From contig NW_021835179.1 in the NCBI RefSeq assembly GCF_006345805.1, forward strand, positions 1 to 53,729: DNA of 53,729 nt, written 5' to 3'. Every line of letters starts with the position of its first letter. Position 1 is the first letter of the stretch. The stretch is from Octopus sinensis. Taxonomy: Eukaryota. The notes under the pieces are model-generated. The model had not been told where the DNA came from. It saw only the letters and a list, made by a program, of their open reading frames with translations, and ran no database searches. Position numbers and translations under genes: made by a program. Shown here piece by piece: positions 39,513 through 53,146 of this stretch.

Positions 39513-41304
39513 TTGATATTGGCTGGATTCAGCGCACAGCGATACGGAACGAATATTGCTACGCATTTCATCAGACGCTGTAAAGAATCTTCTAGCTCCA
39601 CACCTTAAGTCTACACCTCCTCTCTCACGACCCACCTCCACATATACTTAAAATTATTCTTAACGATATAGGTGTACCGTTGTGCAAACCTGAACCAAGG
39701 AAATGAATATAGAAAAGAGAGTGAGAGAGAGAGAGAGAGAGCAATGAAAGCAAGAAAGACTTAATTATTTATCGAAAATGATTATGCGATATTTTTGGTA
39801 ATAACTCACAGGTTAGGAAATAAGCGTTTCATGGACTGAACAATAAACAGAAGGTTATATTATTTATGAGAGAGGTGAGGTCAGTTGCGCCGTTTAATCC
39901 GGAAATAACGTTAAGGGATTAAAAATAAAAATTGCTTAAAAATGGCTGGTAGTTATAAATAAAAGGCGATTAAAATTGGAAGGGATCACTTCGGGGGCTA
40001 AATATAAATGATATTTATTATTAATGGGATGCAAAATGTGGAAGTGTGAGAAAAACAAAGATTTAGGAGATGAAAGCTTGTTGGTGCAATTGAAAAGATA
40101 AGCGGTTAAGTATGTGAGTAAATAAACAGTACGGTATATAACTACGCATACCCCTAGACGCGCACACACATTCACACCATACACACACACAAATACGCAT
40201 ACGGATATATATATAATATACATGTATATAGATATATATACGTGTATATTATATATATATAGTAGTATATATATATATACGTATGTATAATATCATATAT
40301 ATCGTATATATAATATATATATACATACGTATATATATATATTATATATTATATATATATATTACGTAGTATATATATATATATATATATATATCGTTAT
40401 TATTTTTATATAATATTTTATATATTATATATATATATATATATATACGTATGTATATATATATATATACGTATGTATATATATATATACGTATGTATAT
40501 ATATATATCTACGTACATATATATATATATATATATACATCGTATATATATAATATAGATATATATATAATATATACGTATGTATATATATACGTATGTA
40601 TATATATATATATACGTACATATATATATATATTATATATATAATTATATATATACATACGTATATAATATATAATATATAAGATATATATTATACGTAT
40701 GTATATATATATATATATTGCATACGTATATATATATATTTATATACATATATTATATGCATATATACCTACGTGCATAAGTACATTATATACACACACA
40801 CCCACTCACACACTCACACACACATATATAAATATATATATATATATATATCGGTATTCATATATATACATACACACATACATGCATGCATACATACAAG
40901 TTTATATAAATGGATGTGTGTATTTTCCCCTTGTTTACAATTAACACGGAAGAAATTGAATAAACAGTTACCAAGGCAGCAAAAAAGATCACACCTGTAA
41001 TAAGGACGTAATACCATGTTTGTAAAGGTACAAACTCCGGGTTGATGTGAAATATTTAATTTAAAAAAAAAAAACCGTTAGTAAATATAACGTCAAAGGT
41101 AGCCTATAGAAAGAGAATGGGTAAAATAAAGAAATAAGCAGAAAACTAATAAAGGAGAAATATAGAGCGATGTGTGAATTAAAATAAAAGCTTAAAGGCT
41201 TGGAAATAGATATATCTAGTGGAAGTAAAAAGTAAGAAGAAAATCAATGTTCAAATTATATAGAATTGTAGAAATCACGTATATTAGCTAAAGGTATGTT
41301 TCTG

Positions 41305-41660
41305 CTAATGTTTACATCGATAAGCACGCTCTATAAACGTGTTTACAAGGGGATTCTTAGAAAAAAAAATATAAAGGAACTCACTATTACAGTGTTGGCA
41401 GAATTCTTTGCCTTCATCGTATGAGAATGAAGTGGAGAGAATCAACCAATCTAAATTAAATTGTTTATTATGATCTTTTAGATACCAAATTAATTTACTA
41501 AGCCCTGTACTGTTGCGCTTATTACTATCCCTAAATGTAGAATAATGATTAGAAATTATTTTAGATAACCGAGAAGAAGAACTACCTATATAAAAAAAGA
41601 CATCGGTACCGGAAGTAATTTTACACTGGTGTATAGAGTTTTTCATCTAAGAATTACTGC
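41305..41660 (-). pseudogene. Penelope-like element GIY-YIG endonuclease remnant (Naiad-like)
   Basis: YIGSS..NHYSTF..STGLSKLIWYLK..WLIL..Y..CQHCNSE fits the YIG..H..SF..T.LS..IW.LK..W.I..CxxC..E pattern. Confidence 0.75.
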
Positions 41661-42035
41661 ATATAAACTTAATTTTGTTGGAATTGACTTCAGAGACAAT
41701 AACATTGTTGTTAATATTACTACGGGGGTGGTTAGTATTAGCTAAATTAATGTTGGTATTTTCAGTAATTGGATTCTTATTTAACAGATTTAGAGATAAT
41801 TTGTGAAAGATTTTTTTGTGTTAGAAAAACTAATCCTAACCATGTGCGTGTTGATAATCGAGTAATACCTAGAATTCTTTGGAAAGTTCTTAATAAGAGT
41901 TTCACGGAACTGGAAAGGAACATTAGATTTAATTTGCCTTCCATAAGGAATAATCAACCAAAAAGTTTTGCTATTAGTTGAATGAAAAAAAAGGTCTTAA
42001 GTAACGGTTATCTCCCTTACGCTGATTATTCCTTT

Positions 42036-42125
42036 CTTTCTCTGATGAGAAGATTAGATTGTTTTACACCATTTTATTCCTTTTTGAATAATACCAATGT
42101 TGTCTTCGAAACATATGTCGCAAGT
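42036..42125 (+). ncRNA. Hammerhead motif with a long stem II loop
   Basis: CTGATGA-gaaga-(49 nt)-tcttc-GAAA-catatg-TC. Stem I is weak. The 3' half also occurs at about 4688-4709. Confidence 0.55.
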
Positions 42126-42702
42126 AAAAGAATTTGAATAAAACCTGGGTTTCACTACATTTATTTATTTACATAAAGTATATATCATCACACACAACAT
42201 GGACAAAATTTCTTCTTAAGAAAAAATATATATTCAACTAAGTAAAACATAATATCATGAATAACGATAGCGAAACCGGTCGATATATTAAAAATTATAT
42301 TAAAACTATGTAAGTGTGCATATTTTCCTTTTTTAAATTTCTTATATACATTACAACTCACCACGTGGGGATAATCGAAATTCCTCTTTTCTGTTACTAC
42401 TACTATATATATATATATAGACATATACATACACACACACACACACATATATATATAAGCAGTCATACACACACACACACACGCGCACACTTGTATGTAT
42501 GTATATATGGTGGGTTGGTATAAATTCCCTTCGTTTGTATTTCTAATAATTCGATGGGCTGTCAGCTATATGGCTATATATTAAGCGTTTATGCATGAAG
42601 AACATGCGACGTATTGCAACTGATACGTTAAGTTATGGAGTTACCATTTCTGTCTCGGAAGTGATTTACACTTTCAGAAGTGGAAAACTTGCGGGTATAT
42701 AG

Positions 42703-42873
42703 CTAAGAGAGTTTGATTTTCGAAATATCTAGGAAGCTATGGTATATAGGGAAATTTAAGGCAGAGTGAAATGAATTAATGTAAGGGATAAAGCTGTTGG
42801 GGGTACTGTCTAATAAGTGTCGTAACGACGATGCAGTCTTCAGTAAGCCTGACGTACTTCCTTGGAATGCATC
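42703..42873 (-). CDS. Candidate exon DAFQGSTSGLLKTASSLRHLL... (open to TAG; true 3' boundary unknown)
   Basis: Preceded by a TACTAAC branch point and TTCACAG acceptor. In frame with the upstream exon. Confidence 0.5.
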   Translation of the reverse strand, partial: DAFQGSTSGLLKTASSLRHLLDSTPNSFIPYINSFHSALNFPIYHSFLDISKIKLS

Positions 42874-42961
42874 CTGTGAAGTTAGTACAAATCAGTACTT
42901 CAATATGGCCGACAATGAAGTTTTGGTAACTTAAGCACATTGAGTTGCATTAAAAACTTAC

Positions 42962-43069
42962 CGAATTAAGAGACGCAATTGGAATTGAAGATGACTCCAG
43001 TTTAACAGAAGAGGGTGGTAGTGCCTGATTTGGTAGAGACGGTGTTCTAGGAAGTGCTGGATGGTTCAT
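42962..43069 (-). CDS. Candidate exon MNHPALPRTPSLPNQALPPSSVKLESSSIPIASLNS
   Basis: TCG|GTAAGT donor and an 88-nt intron (42874-42961). It starts either at ATG 43069 or at a weak acceptor at 43056. Confidence 0.5.
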
Positions 43070-43100
43070 AAGCCGTCGATGTGTTAATAAATTCAAAGAG

Positions 43101-43144
<44 letters not shown>

Positions 43145-43333
43145 AGCATGTATGTATGTATGTGTGTATGCATGTATGTATATGTATATATCTATATATA
43201 TATATAAGATATATATATATATATCTAATACCGGAGTAAAACACATAAATGTGAAACAAGGTGGAAAAAAGAGTACTCAATACCAGTGGTAGAGTAATAT
43301 GCTTATTTAAAGCAGCAGAAAATTCAACAAAAC

Positions 43334-43371
43334 CTGTTTCTCTGAGTTTCACGTTGCCGTTCATCGGACAG
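43334..43371 (-). ncRNA. Hammerhead motif (CCGAUGA variant) in a short fold-back
   Basis: ctgt-CCGATGA-acg-gcaa-cgt-GAAA-ctcagag-AA-acag. The inverted partial copy at 43381-43440 retains the TA cleavage dinucleotide. Confidence 0.5.
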
Positions 43372-43435
43372 TTTTTGCTAGCAACGTGAAACTCAGAGTA
43401 ACAGGTTTCGTTGAATTTTCTGCTGCTTAAATAAA

Positions 43436-43476
<41 letters not shown>

Positions 43477-43478
<2 letters not shown>

Positions 43479-43909
43479 GTAATGTTCGTGGCCACTTCAA
43501 CTAGCTGTCCGTTCGAACGGATTTTAACTCCAAGAGGATATTTTAGAACTAGCATTTTTGCCTGTTGCAAAATCAGCAATGTACGTCGTTTGAAATTATA
43601 TATATTGCGAGCAGAAGCGAGCTACTACCATCTCTAGAAGACGAGGTGTCCAGTATTGAAGAGAGGCAGAAATAGCCCAAAACCAGGCTTGCCTGCTGAT
43701 CCCGTCGCAAGAAGGTGGTAGGGGTTCGCTCTCTTGCTCGCAATATCGCTAAGCATCGTTAAGCAGCTAGAGATGTCCTCTTGGGGTAAACAAATCGCAG
43801 TTAAGCCCATTCGAACGGACAGCCACGTTGAAGTGAAGTGCCTACGAAGATTACTTGTTAGTACAACTACTTTGATCTCTTAGAGAGATTTTAGAACAAG
43901 CATTTTTGC
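43477..43909. mobile_element. Decayed relative of the 32782-33567 element
   Basis: Inverted ends at 43477-43530 and 43799-43856, a direct repeat at ~348 bp spacing, a shared GAGATGTC..TGGGG motif, and a decayed HHR at 43651-43698. Confidence 0.5.
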
Positions 43910-44536
43910 TTATATATATATATATATTTCACTTTTCATTTCATCTAGTTTCAGCTCACTAGCTGTGACAATGCTGGGGCACCGCCATTTGGTGTTGCTA
44001 CATGATTTTACTTCACGAATGCTTTTTAGCAATTGACACTTGGTGGAGAAGGTGTTAAAAATTCAAATTAGAATTTAATTTCCACATACGACCTTTTCAA
44101 ATGTTAATACAATCATGTAAGAAAAAAACTTTAATTATGATAATAATAATTAGAATAGTTATGTATTACCATTCTTGTCAGTGTAAAATAATTAAAGGAA
44201 AACATGAAAAAAGGTATTACCAAAAGAAAATTAGAAGGAAAAACAAAGAGGCTATGTCGGAGAAGCTGACCGGTTATTTGCAAATAAATTGTAAAATAGG
44301 AAAAAAAATAGATACAGGAACATGTTAATGTATTTTTGAGTCTGTCTGTTAAATTAGCTATAACAGTTCTGGCCAACGGATATTTTTAAATATAAGTAGG
44401 AAAAAAAACCGAGATAAAAAGTGTAAACAAAAAATCAACATACATAAATGCACGCTCTCTTACATAAAAAAAACTATATACACCTACACGCATATATACA
44501 TATATATATTTGAATACAAAGATAATACTATAATAA

Positions 44537-44586
<50 letters not shown>

Positions 44587-45129
44587 ACATGTATGATGCA
44601 TTATATGTATATCTATATATATATATATGTGGTGTGGGTGTGTGTGTGTGCATGTGTGGTGTGTATGTATGTATGATATATATTATATACACATATGTAT
44701 TAATCTCTACCATATTATTGAGATCTTTTCTCGATAGTTAACTTAAATGGATATATATATATATATATATAATATATATATATAGTATATATATGTGTGT
44801 GTGTGGGTGTGTGTGAGTGTGTAGGTGGATTTGTGCGTACGTGCACACGCGTGTATATATATTATATATAAAATTGACGGAAGTGACACAATGAAGTGAA
44901 ATCTCCGAAACACCGGTGTCTCAAAGCTCCCCTCCACGGCTGTGTCGAGTGCACCGTCATCCTTGTTTGAGAATCTTCAAACCAGCTCAAATGAATATTC
45001 TCGCGCTCACTAAATCTTCTAATTCCAATTGTAGTCACACTAACTCGCACGCTCAAGTATAATACGTGAATATTATATATATCCGATCTATAATGTTGAT
45101 GACTTGTTTCACAAATGTATATTATAGAA

Positions 45130-45343
45130 TTCTTTCTATTAAAGGCACACAGCGTGAAATTTGGCGGGAGGGGACTAATCGATTAAATCCACTGCAGTGT
45201 TTCACTGGTACTTAATTTGTCGACCTCGAAAGGATGAAAGGCAAAATCGACCTAGGGGAAATTTCAACTCACAAGGTATGAACGGACGAAATGCCGCTAA
45301 GCACTTTTCTCGGCGTGCTAACGATTCTGCCAGCTCGTCGCCT
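45130..45343 (-). mobile_element. SINE family A
   Basis: Consensus match including the 5' head GGCGACGAGCTGGCAGAA. Confidence 0.8.
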
Positions 45344-45453
45344 TACACACGTATATTATATAATAATAATGCATAATGTATAATGTTATATATAATGTAT
45401 ATTATATATATATATATATGTATATGATATATGTATCTTTCATATTATATGTA

Positions 45454-45643
45454 CGAAGGGGTGCTGAAAGGTTTCCCTCGCTTTGGGTAAAAGAAAATAG
45501 AATCATTCAACCTTCTCAGATTCATACACTTATTGCAATGGCCCTTCAGTTTTTCTAAGCTCTGTAAAGAACTCGGAAAGTTAGGCCTCCAGCCAGGCGT
45601 TTCGCGACACCCTCAAAGACAAGAACTTTTCAGCACTTTCTCG
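45454..45643. mobile_element. Mariner-derived MITE
   Basis: TA|CGAAGGGGTGCTGAAAGGTT ... AACTTTTCAGCACTTTCTCG imperfect TIRs. Confidence 0.6.
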
Positions 45644-45949
45644 TTTTATCAGTATCCATTAGATACGTCTCTCCTGCCACCTATTTACAGGAATAGAAGG
45701 AAGAAGAGAACTGGTTCCTTCGTCAGTGGCATGGTGGATTGAAACACAGACCTGGGAACAAAAGAAAGACCCATGTTCAACTCCCGCTGGAGATAGAATT
45801 TTGGGAAGCAGCTGGAGGACAGCTAGGAGTCATGACCCGTGTGGGCCCCGCTCCTGCAGAATGTCATGTATAAGGGCCGAAACACTTGTTGGTTGGGAGA
45901 TCTTCTGCTGCTGTGCGCTCGCCTTGCGGCGAGTTTTTGTTTATATATA

Positions 45950-46370
45950 TGTGAAAAGAAAATGGCGATATACAACTGTCAATTCAAAAATTAGAATTTA
46001 TTAACATAATATATATTCTTATAATAATATAATATAATATAACAAATAGTTAATATTAAATACAAATTACATACAATTGTTTCGATTCTTACCCATAATA
46101 AAATTAGAAAAATCCATGTTAGTGGGTAAGAATGTTTGATATATGAGGAGTTTCAAATCCAGGAAAAAGCTGAATTCAGTATTTTCACGGATCTGTATTG
46201 TATGTAACTTGTATTTAATATTTATTATATTATATATATTATAAGAATATTATAAGAATATAATAAAATATTATAATATAATATAATATAATATAATATA
46301 ATATAATATAATATTATGTTAATAAATTTAAATTTTTAAATTGTCAAATGTATATCACCATTTTCTTTTA
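45950..46370. repeat. AT-rich fold-back element
   Basis: About 45955-46040 is complementary to about 46275-46368. Internal ATTCTTACCCA/TGGGTAAGAAT stem. Confidence 0.6.
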
Positions 46371-47318
46371 ATTTTTATAAACTTAATATATAACCATGTG
46401 AATTGTAAAGTTTTTCTTTACTAAATTGAATATTAGACAATTAAGCTAGTGAAAAACTAAATGTTTTCATCCCTATAAAAGGAAATTATTTTTCATTGCA
46501 TTGAATTTTAATATATATATATATTATATATATAATATATACATTACATATATATGCAATGTATGTGTATATATATATACGTGGTAGTATATATATATGT
46601 ATGTATATATATATGTTATGTATGTAGATATATATTATATGTATGTATTATATTGATATATATATGTGTATGTTTATATATATATATTATATAATATATA
46701 TATATAATATATATATAATAATATATATATATATATATGTAAATAGATAGATAGATTCAGTAGGGTATATAATACCACTTGCTAAAATCAGTGCCAAAGC
46801 TCCAAAACCACCAGAAACACTTTAATGATACACACGAGCAATGCAAGGAACATATGAGAAATAGGCTTACCTTAGCGTTGAATACATCAGTAAGTATATA
46901 TACTGTACTATATGTATGTGTATGTGTGTGTCTATACAGAACACAAAATTATAACAACGCAGGGTAATGAAGTGAACTTGTTTCTCTCTGCGTGTGTGAT
47001 GTCTCTTATGCCTTTCTGTTTTGGGTCTTTGAAGTGGTTTACTGAAGCACGTAAGCTTTAAGTGAGAATCGAAAATACATCACAGTTGCTGAACCCACTA
47101 GAATATTTTCTCCGGTTGTTTCAGCAACTGTAGCAAGTAACGTATAAAACTAAAGGAAGAACGTATGAAGAAGAATTACATATCACATGAGTAGAAAATA
47201 AAACAGGAAAAAATTCGAAGAACGACAGGAGTTGAAGAACCTCATATTTTACTAACTAAAAAGAAAACCAATAAATATAGTTATAAATAAAATAAAAAGT
47301 AACACGAATTCATAAAAC

Positions 47319-47321
<3 letters not shown>

Positions 47322-47392
<71 letters not shown>
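47322..47392. repeat. (CA)n microsatellite
   Basis: Direct reading of the sequence. Confidence 0.95.
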
Positions 47393-47394
<2 letters not shown>

Positions 47395-49419
47395 TTGTTA
47401 TTTTTTCCAACTTGAGAAAGGCGATCGTAATGCTTCTATCTCACGCATCTGTTTTCACCAAATGGAGGTTTTCGTCTTATCTAACTTTATGTTTCTTTTC
47501 GTGACATTCTACCCTGAACTTTACAGTCAGGAATTTATCTTTTCAGTTATCATCCAAGTTAGTTAGTTAGTTAGTTTGTTTGTTTATTTAATTTTTTTTT
47601 TCTTATTTATGTGCGTTCTTCACTCTTGCCGATCCTTTCATCCGTTCGTTTCCTCTGATATTTGTATTTATTAATGATTTTTGTTTTCAAATTTTTATTT
47701 TGAAATCGTTCTTACGTTGTATTTTCTATAAATAACCGCATTTGATATATATACATTGATTCGCGAACACACACATATACTCATAAATGAACATGCATGG
47801 TTACATACACATACAGACAGACACACATACACACTCACACACATTCAGACACACTCAGACATACGCGCACACAAATATATTTATACGAGCAGCTTTGCAG
47901 ATCTACATGCATACATGGTCGTACGATCAATTCGGTGGGGAAGTTAACGTACGAAATCCATGGAAAACAAGGAAAATTTGGGAAAAACATTAAAAAACAT
48001 ACACAGAGAAAACAAAATGATTAACGAATTAACAATGAATGCAAATTAATTACCATCTAATAATGAACGAAAATTCTTAATTTTGTTGTTATTAATTCAT
48101 TTTCAGATGAATTAAACTAAAGCTCTTATTTCTCTCAATTAACTCCCTTGTTATACGCTAAGCACATTTTTCGTTTGTGACGTCCTGAGGATAGAAAGCT
48201 GAACACGCTCGCTACGAAATCTATTTATAATAATGTCGATCGAAGCAATATAGGTAGCTCTCCTTAGTTTAAGTTTTGTTCATGTCAGGCACTAAATAAA
48301 AAAATTGTGTGCACTAAAGAAAACACACAAAAGAGTTTTATCGTAAAGGCATCAGATTTAAAGAATGGTTCAAACAAATATATTCTGATTACAAGAATAA
48401 AGAAAAAAGAAAAATATATAAAAAAATGTATAAAAACGTTAAGATTCTCCGCATTGACTTTTGCATCTGGGCTTTCATAGGGGCTCCAGCATGTAAAAGT
48501 AAAGAAACAATAAAAATAAAATAAGAAAAATAATTTTAACGTAAACTGAATATTTTTTGAAAATCATTCAGTTACAGAAAATGATTTATCTATAACCCAT
48601 ATGATTTTCTTAACTCTCGCCAAGAGCTTTAATAACAGTAACAATCAGGATGTCAGAAAAGCCGCCGAGCCCCAACAGAGCCAGGCTCCACTGAATTTAA
48701 AAGTATTATATCAAATAGAGAAAATGACAAAGAAAGGAATGTGACGCATGGTGCTCTACTGCTTCTTCAGAATAATATCATTGAAACTGGAATAAATGCG
48801 TAATTTTGATACAATATAAATCAAATAAATTTGATCAGGAATCTAGGTTGATAGATTCAAAAGTGATTTAAACTTTATCCTAGGTTAACATTGATAAATG
48901 TCGAGCTTTAGATTATTCGTGTTGTGTGTCAAGGTATAGTAATATTTTATCTTTGAAAACTTGAGAAAGCCAACTCAGTTCACAAACTATGCGAGCGTTT
49001 CCTTCCGTCAACAGCCTACGATAGAGAGAAGGGACACTCGAACAAACGCAAAACACAAAACATCGGTTTTTGATCAAACAAAACATTGTACATAAGCAAC
49101 AATTGCGTGCAACAGACACTGCTTCTTCTTGAAAATTAGTATCCAAACAATATTTGCTCGACTAAAGGTGGTGCTCCAGCATAGCCACAGTCAAATGACT
49201 GAAACAAATAAAAAAGTATATATATATATATATATATATTATATCTATGGACTCTTATTTCCACCAGTGCTAGTACTCACTGCACCCTTCGTCCCTTTTT
49301 AGTGGTGGTGAATCATTTCGTTTTTGGTTTTGAATTGCGACCAGCCACCTTGTTGTTGTTGTTATTATTATCATTATATTATTATTATTATATATTTTAT
49401 TATTATTATTATTATTATA

Positions 49420-49977
49420 TTGAGTGAGAGAGCAGTGCATGCCATCAAAGTGGCACTGGGGTAAAATATACGAAGCCCATATACCAATCAGACTACCCGT
49501 CTGTGATAAGGGTACCAGCGCCACATGCATCACAACCATATGTGCGCGACATGGTGATCTCATATCAAGATAAACAGCACATGACCTTGCAGGTGGGGCC
49601 CAGTTAGAATTTTCTTCAGGTTGAGTAGCCCATCCTGCTCAAAAGGTCCCTGAATAAGGGTTGTTTAAGGATGTTAAAAGAACCACCCATGTTTCCAGAG
49701 GTGAATTATTCAAACCCCAAATAATCCCTCTCAACACATGGCTATGATGCTCCCCCACTACTTCTGCTCGTGATCAGAGATGCACATATCGTCAGCCACT
49801 AAGGGACATGCTCAACTGGTTAAGGTCAAACAACTGACAAGCAAATCTGTGGTATTGAGCAGAATATTTGCTGTAAGCCCATCTTTTATACAAGACAAAA
49901 CAATGTACATGATAACACTTCCAATCAGTTAAGATCAGAAGCCATGAGAGCCACTGCCTGGTACTGCATCAGGGCAT
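49420..49977. mobile_element. Probable interspersed repeat inserted in an (ATT)n tract
   Basis: GC-richer non-coding block sharply bounded by (ATT)n on both sides. Family not identified. Confidence 0.4.
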
Positions 49978-50018
49978 ATATTTTATATTATTATTATATT
50001 ATTATTATCATTATTATT

Positions 50019-50065
<47 letters not shown>

Positions 50066-50271
50066 GTTTTTGTTGTTGTTGTTGGTTTTCTTCTTTCTTC
50101 AAATTTTTTTCCATTTCTCGCCGAGTGTTTTCCGTACACCTAGGACAAAGAAGCTCATTGTATGCATTCCCAGATTACACACGCAAATTCACAGTTAAAA
50201 TATGTATTTAAAAAAATTAATAAATATTAATAAATAAATAAATAAATCAATGGATGGATGTTGTTTTCACA

Positions 50272-50307
<36 letters not shown>

Positions 50308-50869
50308 GTTGTTGTTGTTGTTGTTATTATACACACACACATACGCACGCATTATTACCGCAGATTATTTTGGACAGATAGTCAGTCGCCGATGAAATTT
50401 GAATAAAGATTGAAACTGATCCCTTTCTCTTTACACGCCGAGACTGTTGAAAAAAGACAATGGTTTACGATTGTCCAGCGTTTTAATTTCCACACGCATA
50501 GTTAACTGAAATATATAGGTTTATTCTGCAGTACATTAAAGTATAAAACACTCACTGAACTACAAATCTCTTGAAAAATCCTAGATAAAACCTATATAAA
50601 ATACTTTCACTATTTACATTTTGGTGATGTTATTTTGTCGCTAGTGTTTCTTTTAGTTTCAAAATTACTTGGCAAAGTCTGTACTTTTGTGTAAAGAGGG
50701 GGAAAAAAGCAAACCCCCGCAATATAAGAATTTGTCAATTACTAGACAACAAAACATGTATTTATTCTGGAAATTGTATCAGAATGTAATAAGTTTAAGC
50801 TAAGGTGTTTTTGATAGTTAATCTCGTGTCTCGCCTTCACTCAACCTTCCTTGAACAGAAGACAGTAAT

Positions 50870-51180
50870 TAATGATAATAATAATAATATATAATGATAA
50901 TAATAATAATAATAATAATAATATAACAATAATAATGATGATAATAATAATAATAATAAAAGATATAATAATAATAATAATAATAATGATGATAATGATA
51001 ATAATATAATAATAATCATAATAATAATTAATAATAATAATAATAACAACAATAATAATAATGCTGATAATAATAATAATAATAAAAGATATAATAATAA
51101 TAATAATGATGATGATGATAATAATAATAATAATAATATAATAATAATAACAACAACAATAGTAATAATGATGATGATAA
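50870..51180. repeat. (AAT)n-derived microsatellite
   Basis: Direct reading of the sequence. Confidence 0.9.
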
Positions 51181-51555
51181 TCCCAGACATGACACTCATC
51201 GTCTGTTCGCGGATTTCATCATTAAGTCGGCCTTTCGGTTTAATAATTGGGTTTCCTTATTGTTCTTCTTGTTGTCGGTGGTAGAGGTGGTGTTGATAGT
51301 GTTGGTGTGGTGGAGTAGTTAGTGGTGGTGTTGTTATTGTCGATAGTGAGAAAGAGAGGTGGGAAAAGAACAACGACGACAACAACAGCAACAAGAACAA
51401 AAATTAAACAAAGAAAAAAAAGTTAACTAAATTATTTTTATTTCTAAAGTTAATTTATTTTTCCATGTATGTATCACGAAAAACAAATAACAACCAAACA
51501 AAAAAAAAATGAAAAAGCAGTAACAGAACATGCGCACAAACACACACATACAACA

Positions 51556-51608
<53 letters not shown>

Positions 51609-51973
51609 TAAGAGACGCATTTAACAACAAAAAGAAATGTCAGATTATTTATTTAATTTCTCTTTGTATCTCGAAAAATCACCCACAGCTTTGTGTGTGT
51701 GTGTGTGTGTGTATGTGTGTGCATGTGTGTGTGTATGTGTGTGTGTATGTGTGTGCATGTATGTGTGTGTATGTGTGTGCATGTGTGTGTGTCTATGTGT
51801 GTGTATGTGTGTGTGTATGTGTGTGTATGTGTGTGTGTATGTGTGTGTATGTGTGTGCATGTGTGTGTGTATGTTTGTGCATGTGTGTGTGTATGCGTGT
51901 GTACATATTTAATACAGACTCATACTGATACATGTTTGTGTGGTTATATAGATTGTGGAATTTTATATATGCG

Positions 51974-52014
<41 letters not shown>

Positions 52015-52089
52015 ATGTATGTATATATTTGTAGTGAGTGTAATGAGTGCAGTGAGAAATGGAAAGAGGAAGAGAGAAGGGCGAAGAAG

Positions 52090-52120
<31 letters not shown>

Positions 52121-52677
52121 GTGAGAAGGTAAAGAAACAAGAAAGGATGGATACATATATTTAAGCAGGTACAAGTATACACAGAATCTCTGTCTTCTTA
52201 TACACCGACTCAGAGTTCGGCGCCAATGCAAATACAGACTCAAACACATCAATAACAACAACCACAATAACAACAGAACAATGGCCAAAGAAACCATTTC
52301 AAAGCGCACAGCCTATTCATCACTGGCTATTATTTTGTATCTAATATTGCCTTTCGTTTTCCTCTCTTTTTTTTCTCTCCTTCTCTTGCAACAATTTGTT
52401 TTCAGAACTCATGTGACAAGTTAATGGTAAAACAAACAACTAGCCGAAGTAGTTACCAATTTAATCAGACATTCAATGCAATATTTTCCTACCAAACTCA
52501 ATTGAGGCATCACAAGCATTTTGTAACGCTTCTTACTCATTTCAATTGTCAAACGCGCTACAATGTTGTTAAAAATAGGAAGTACGGAAGCACACGGAGA
52601 GCAGCTATATAAAACAGTAGAAGTTATGACAATGAATACCGTCTTGGACAAACATGCATGGATAGACTACACAACAG

Positions 52678-52703
52678 CGAGAGAGATTGTGAGAGTGAGA
52701 TAG

Positions 52704-52741
<38 letters not shown>

Positions 52742-52856
52742 GAGAGAGAAAGCGAGAGAGTGAGAGATAGATAGATAGAGATAGATAGATTGATAGATAG
52801 AGAGATAGATAGAGAGAGAGAGATTGAGAGAGAGAGAGATAGAGCTAGAGATAGAT

Positions 52857-52887
<31 letters not shown>

Positions 52888-53087
52888 TATAGAGAGAGGG
52901 AGAGCGAGAGAGTGAGAGATAGATAGATAGATAGAGATAGATAGATTGATAGATAGATAGAGAGAGAGAGATTGAGAGAGAAATAGAGAGAGATAGAGAT
53001 AGAGAGAGATAGTTAGATAGATAGATAGATAGATAGAGAGATAGAGAGATAGAGAGGAGATAGATAGATAGAAGTGATAGATGATAG

Positions 53088-53143
<56 letters not shown>

Positions 53144-53146
53144 AAG
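52678..53146. repeat. (GATA)n/(GA)n microsatellite
   Basis: Direct reading of the sequence. Confidence 0.95.

Noticed and set aside
48400-48540. GPCR TM6-like CWSPY on the minus strand
   Set aside because: It overlaps a SINE-tail-like GCTCCAGCATG plus A-rich sequence and has no splice support.
52165-52651. Short ORFs on both strands and a plus-strand acceptor at ~52405
   Set aside because: There is no consistent frame, donor site or recognisable homology.
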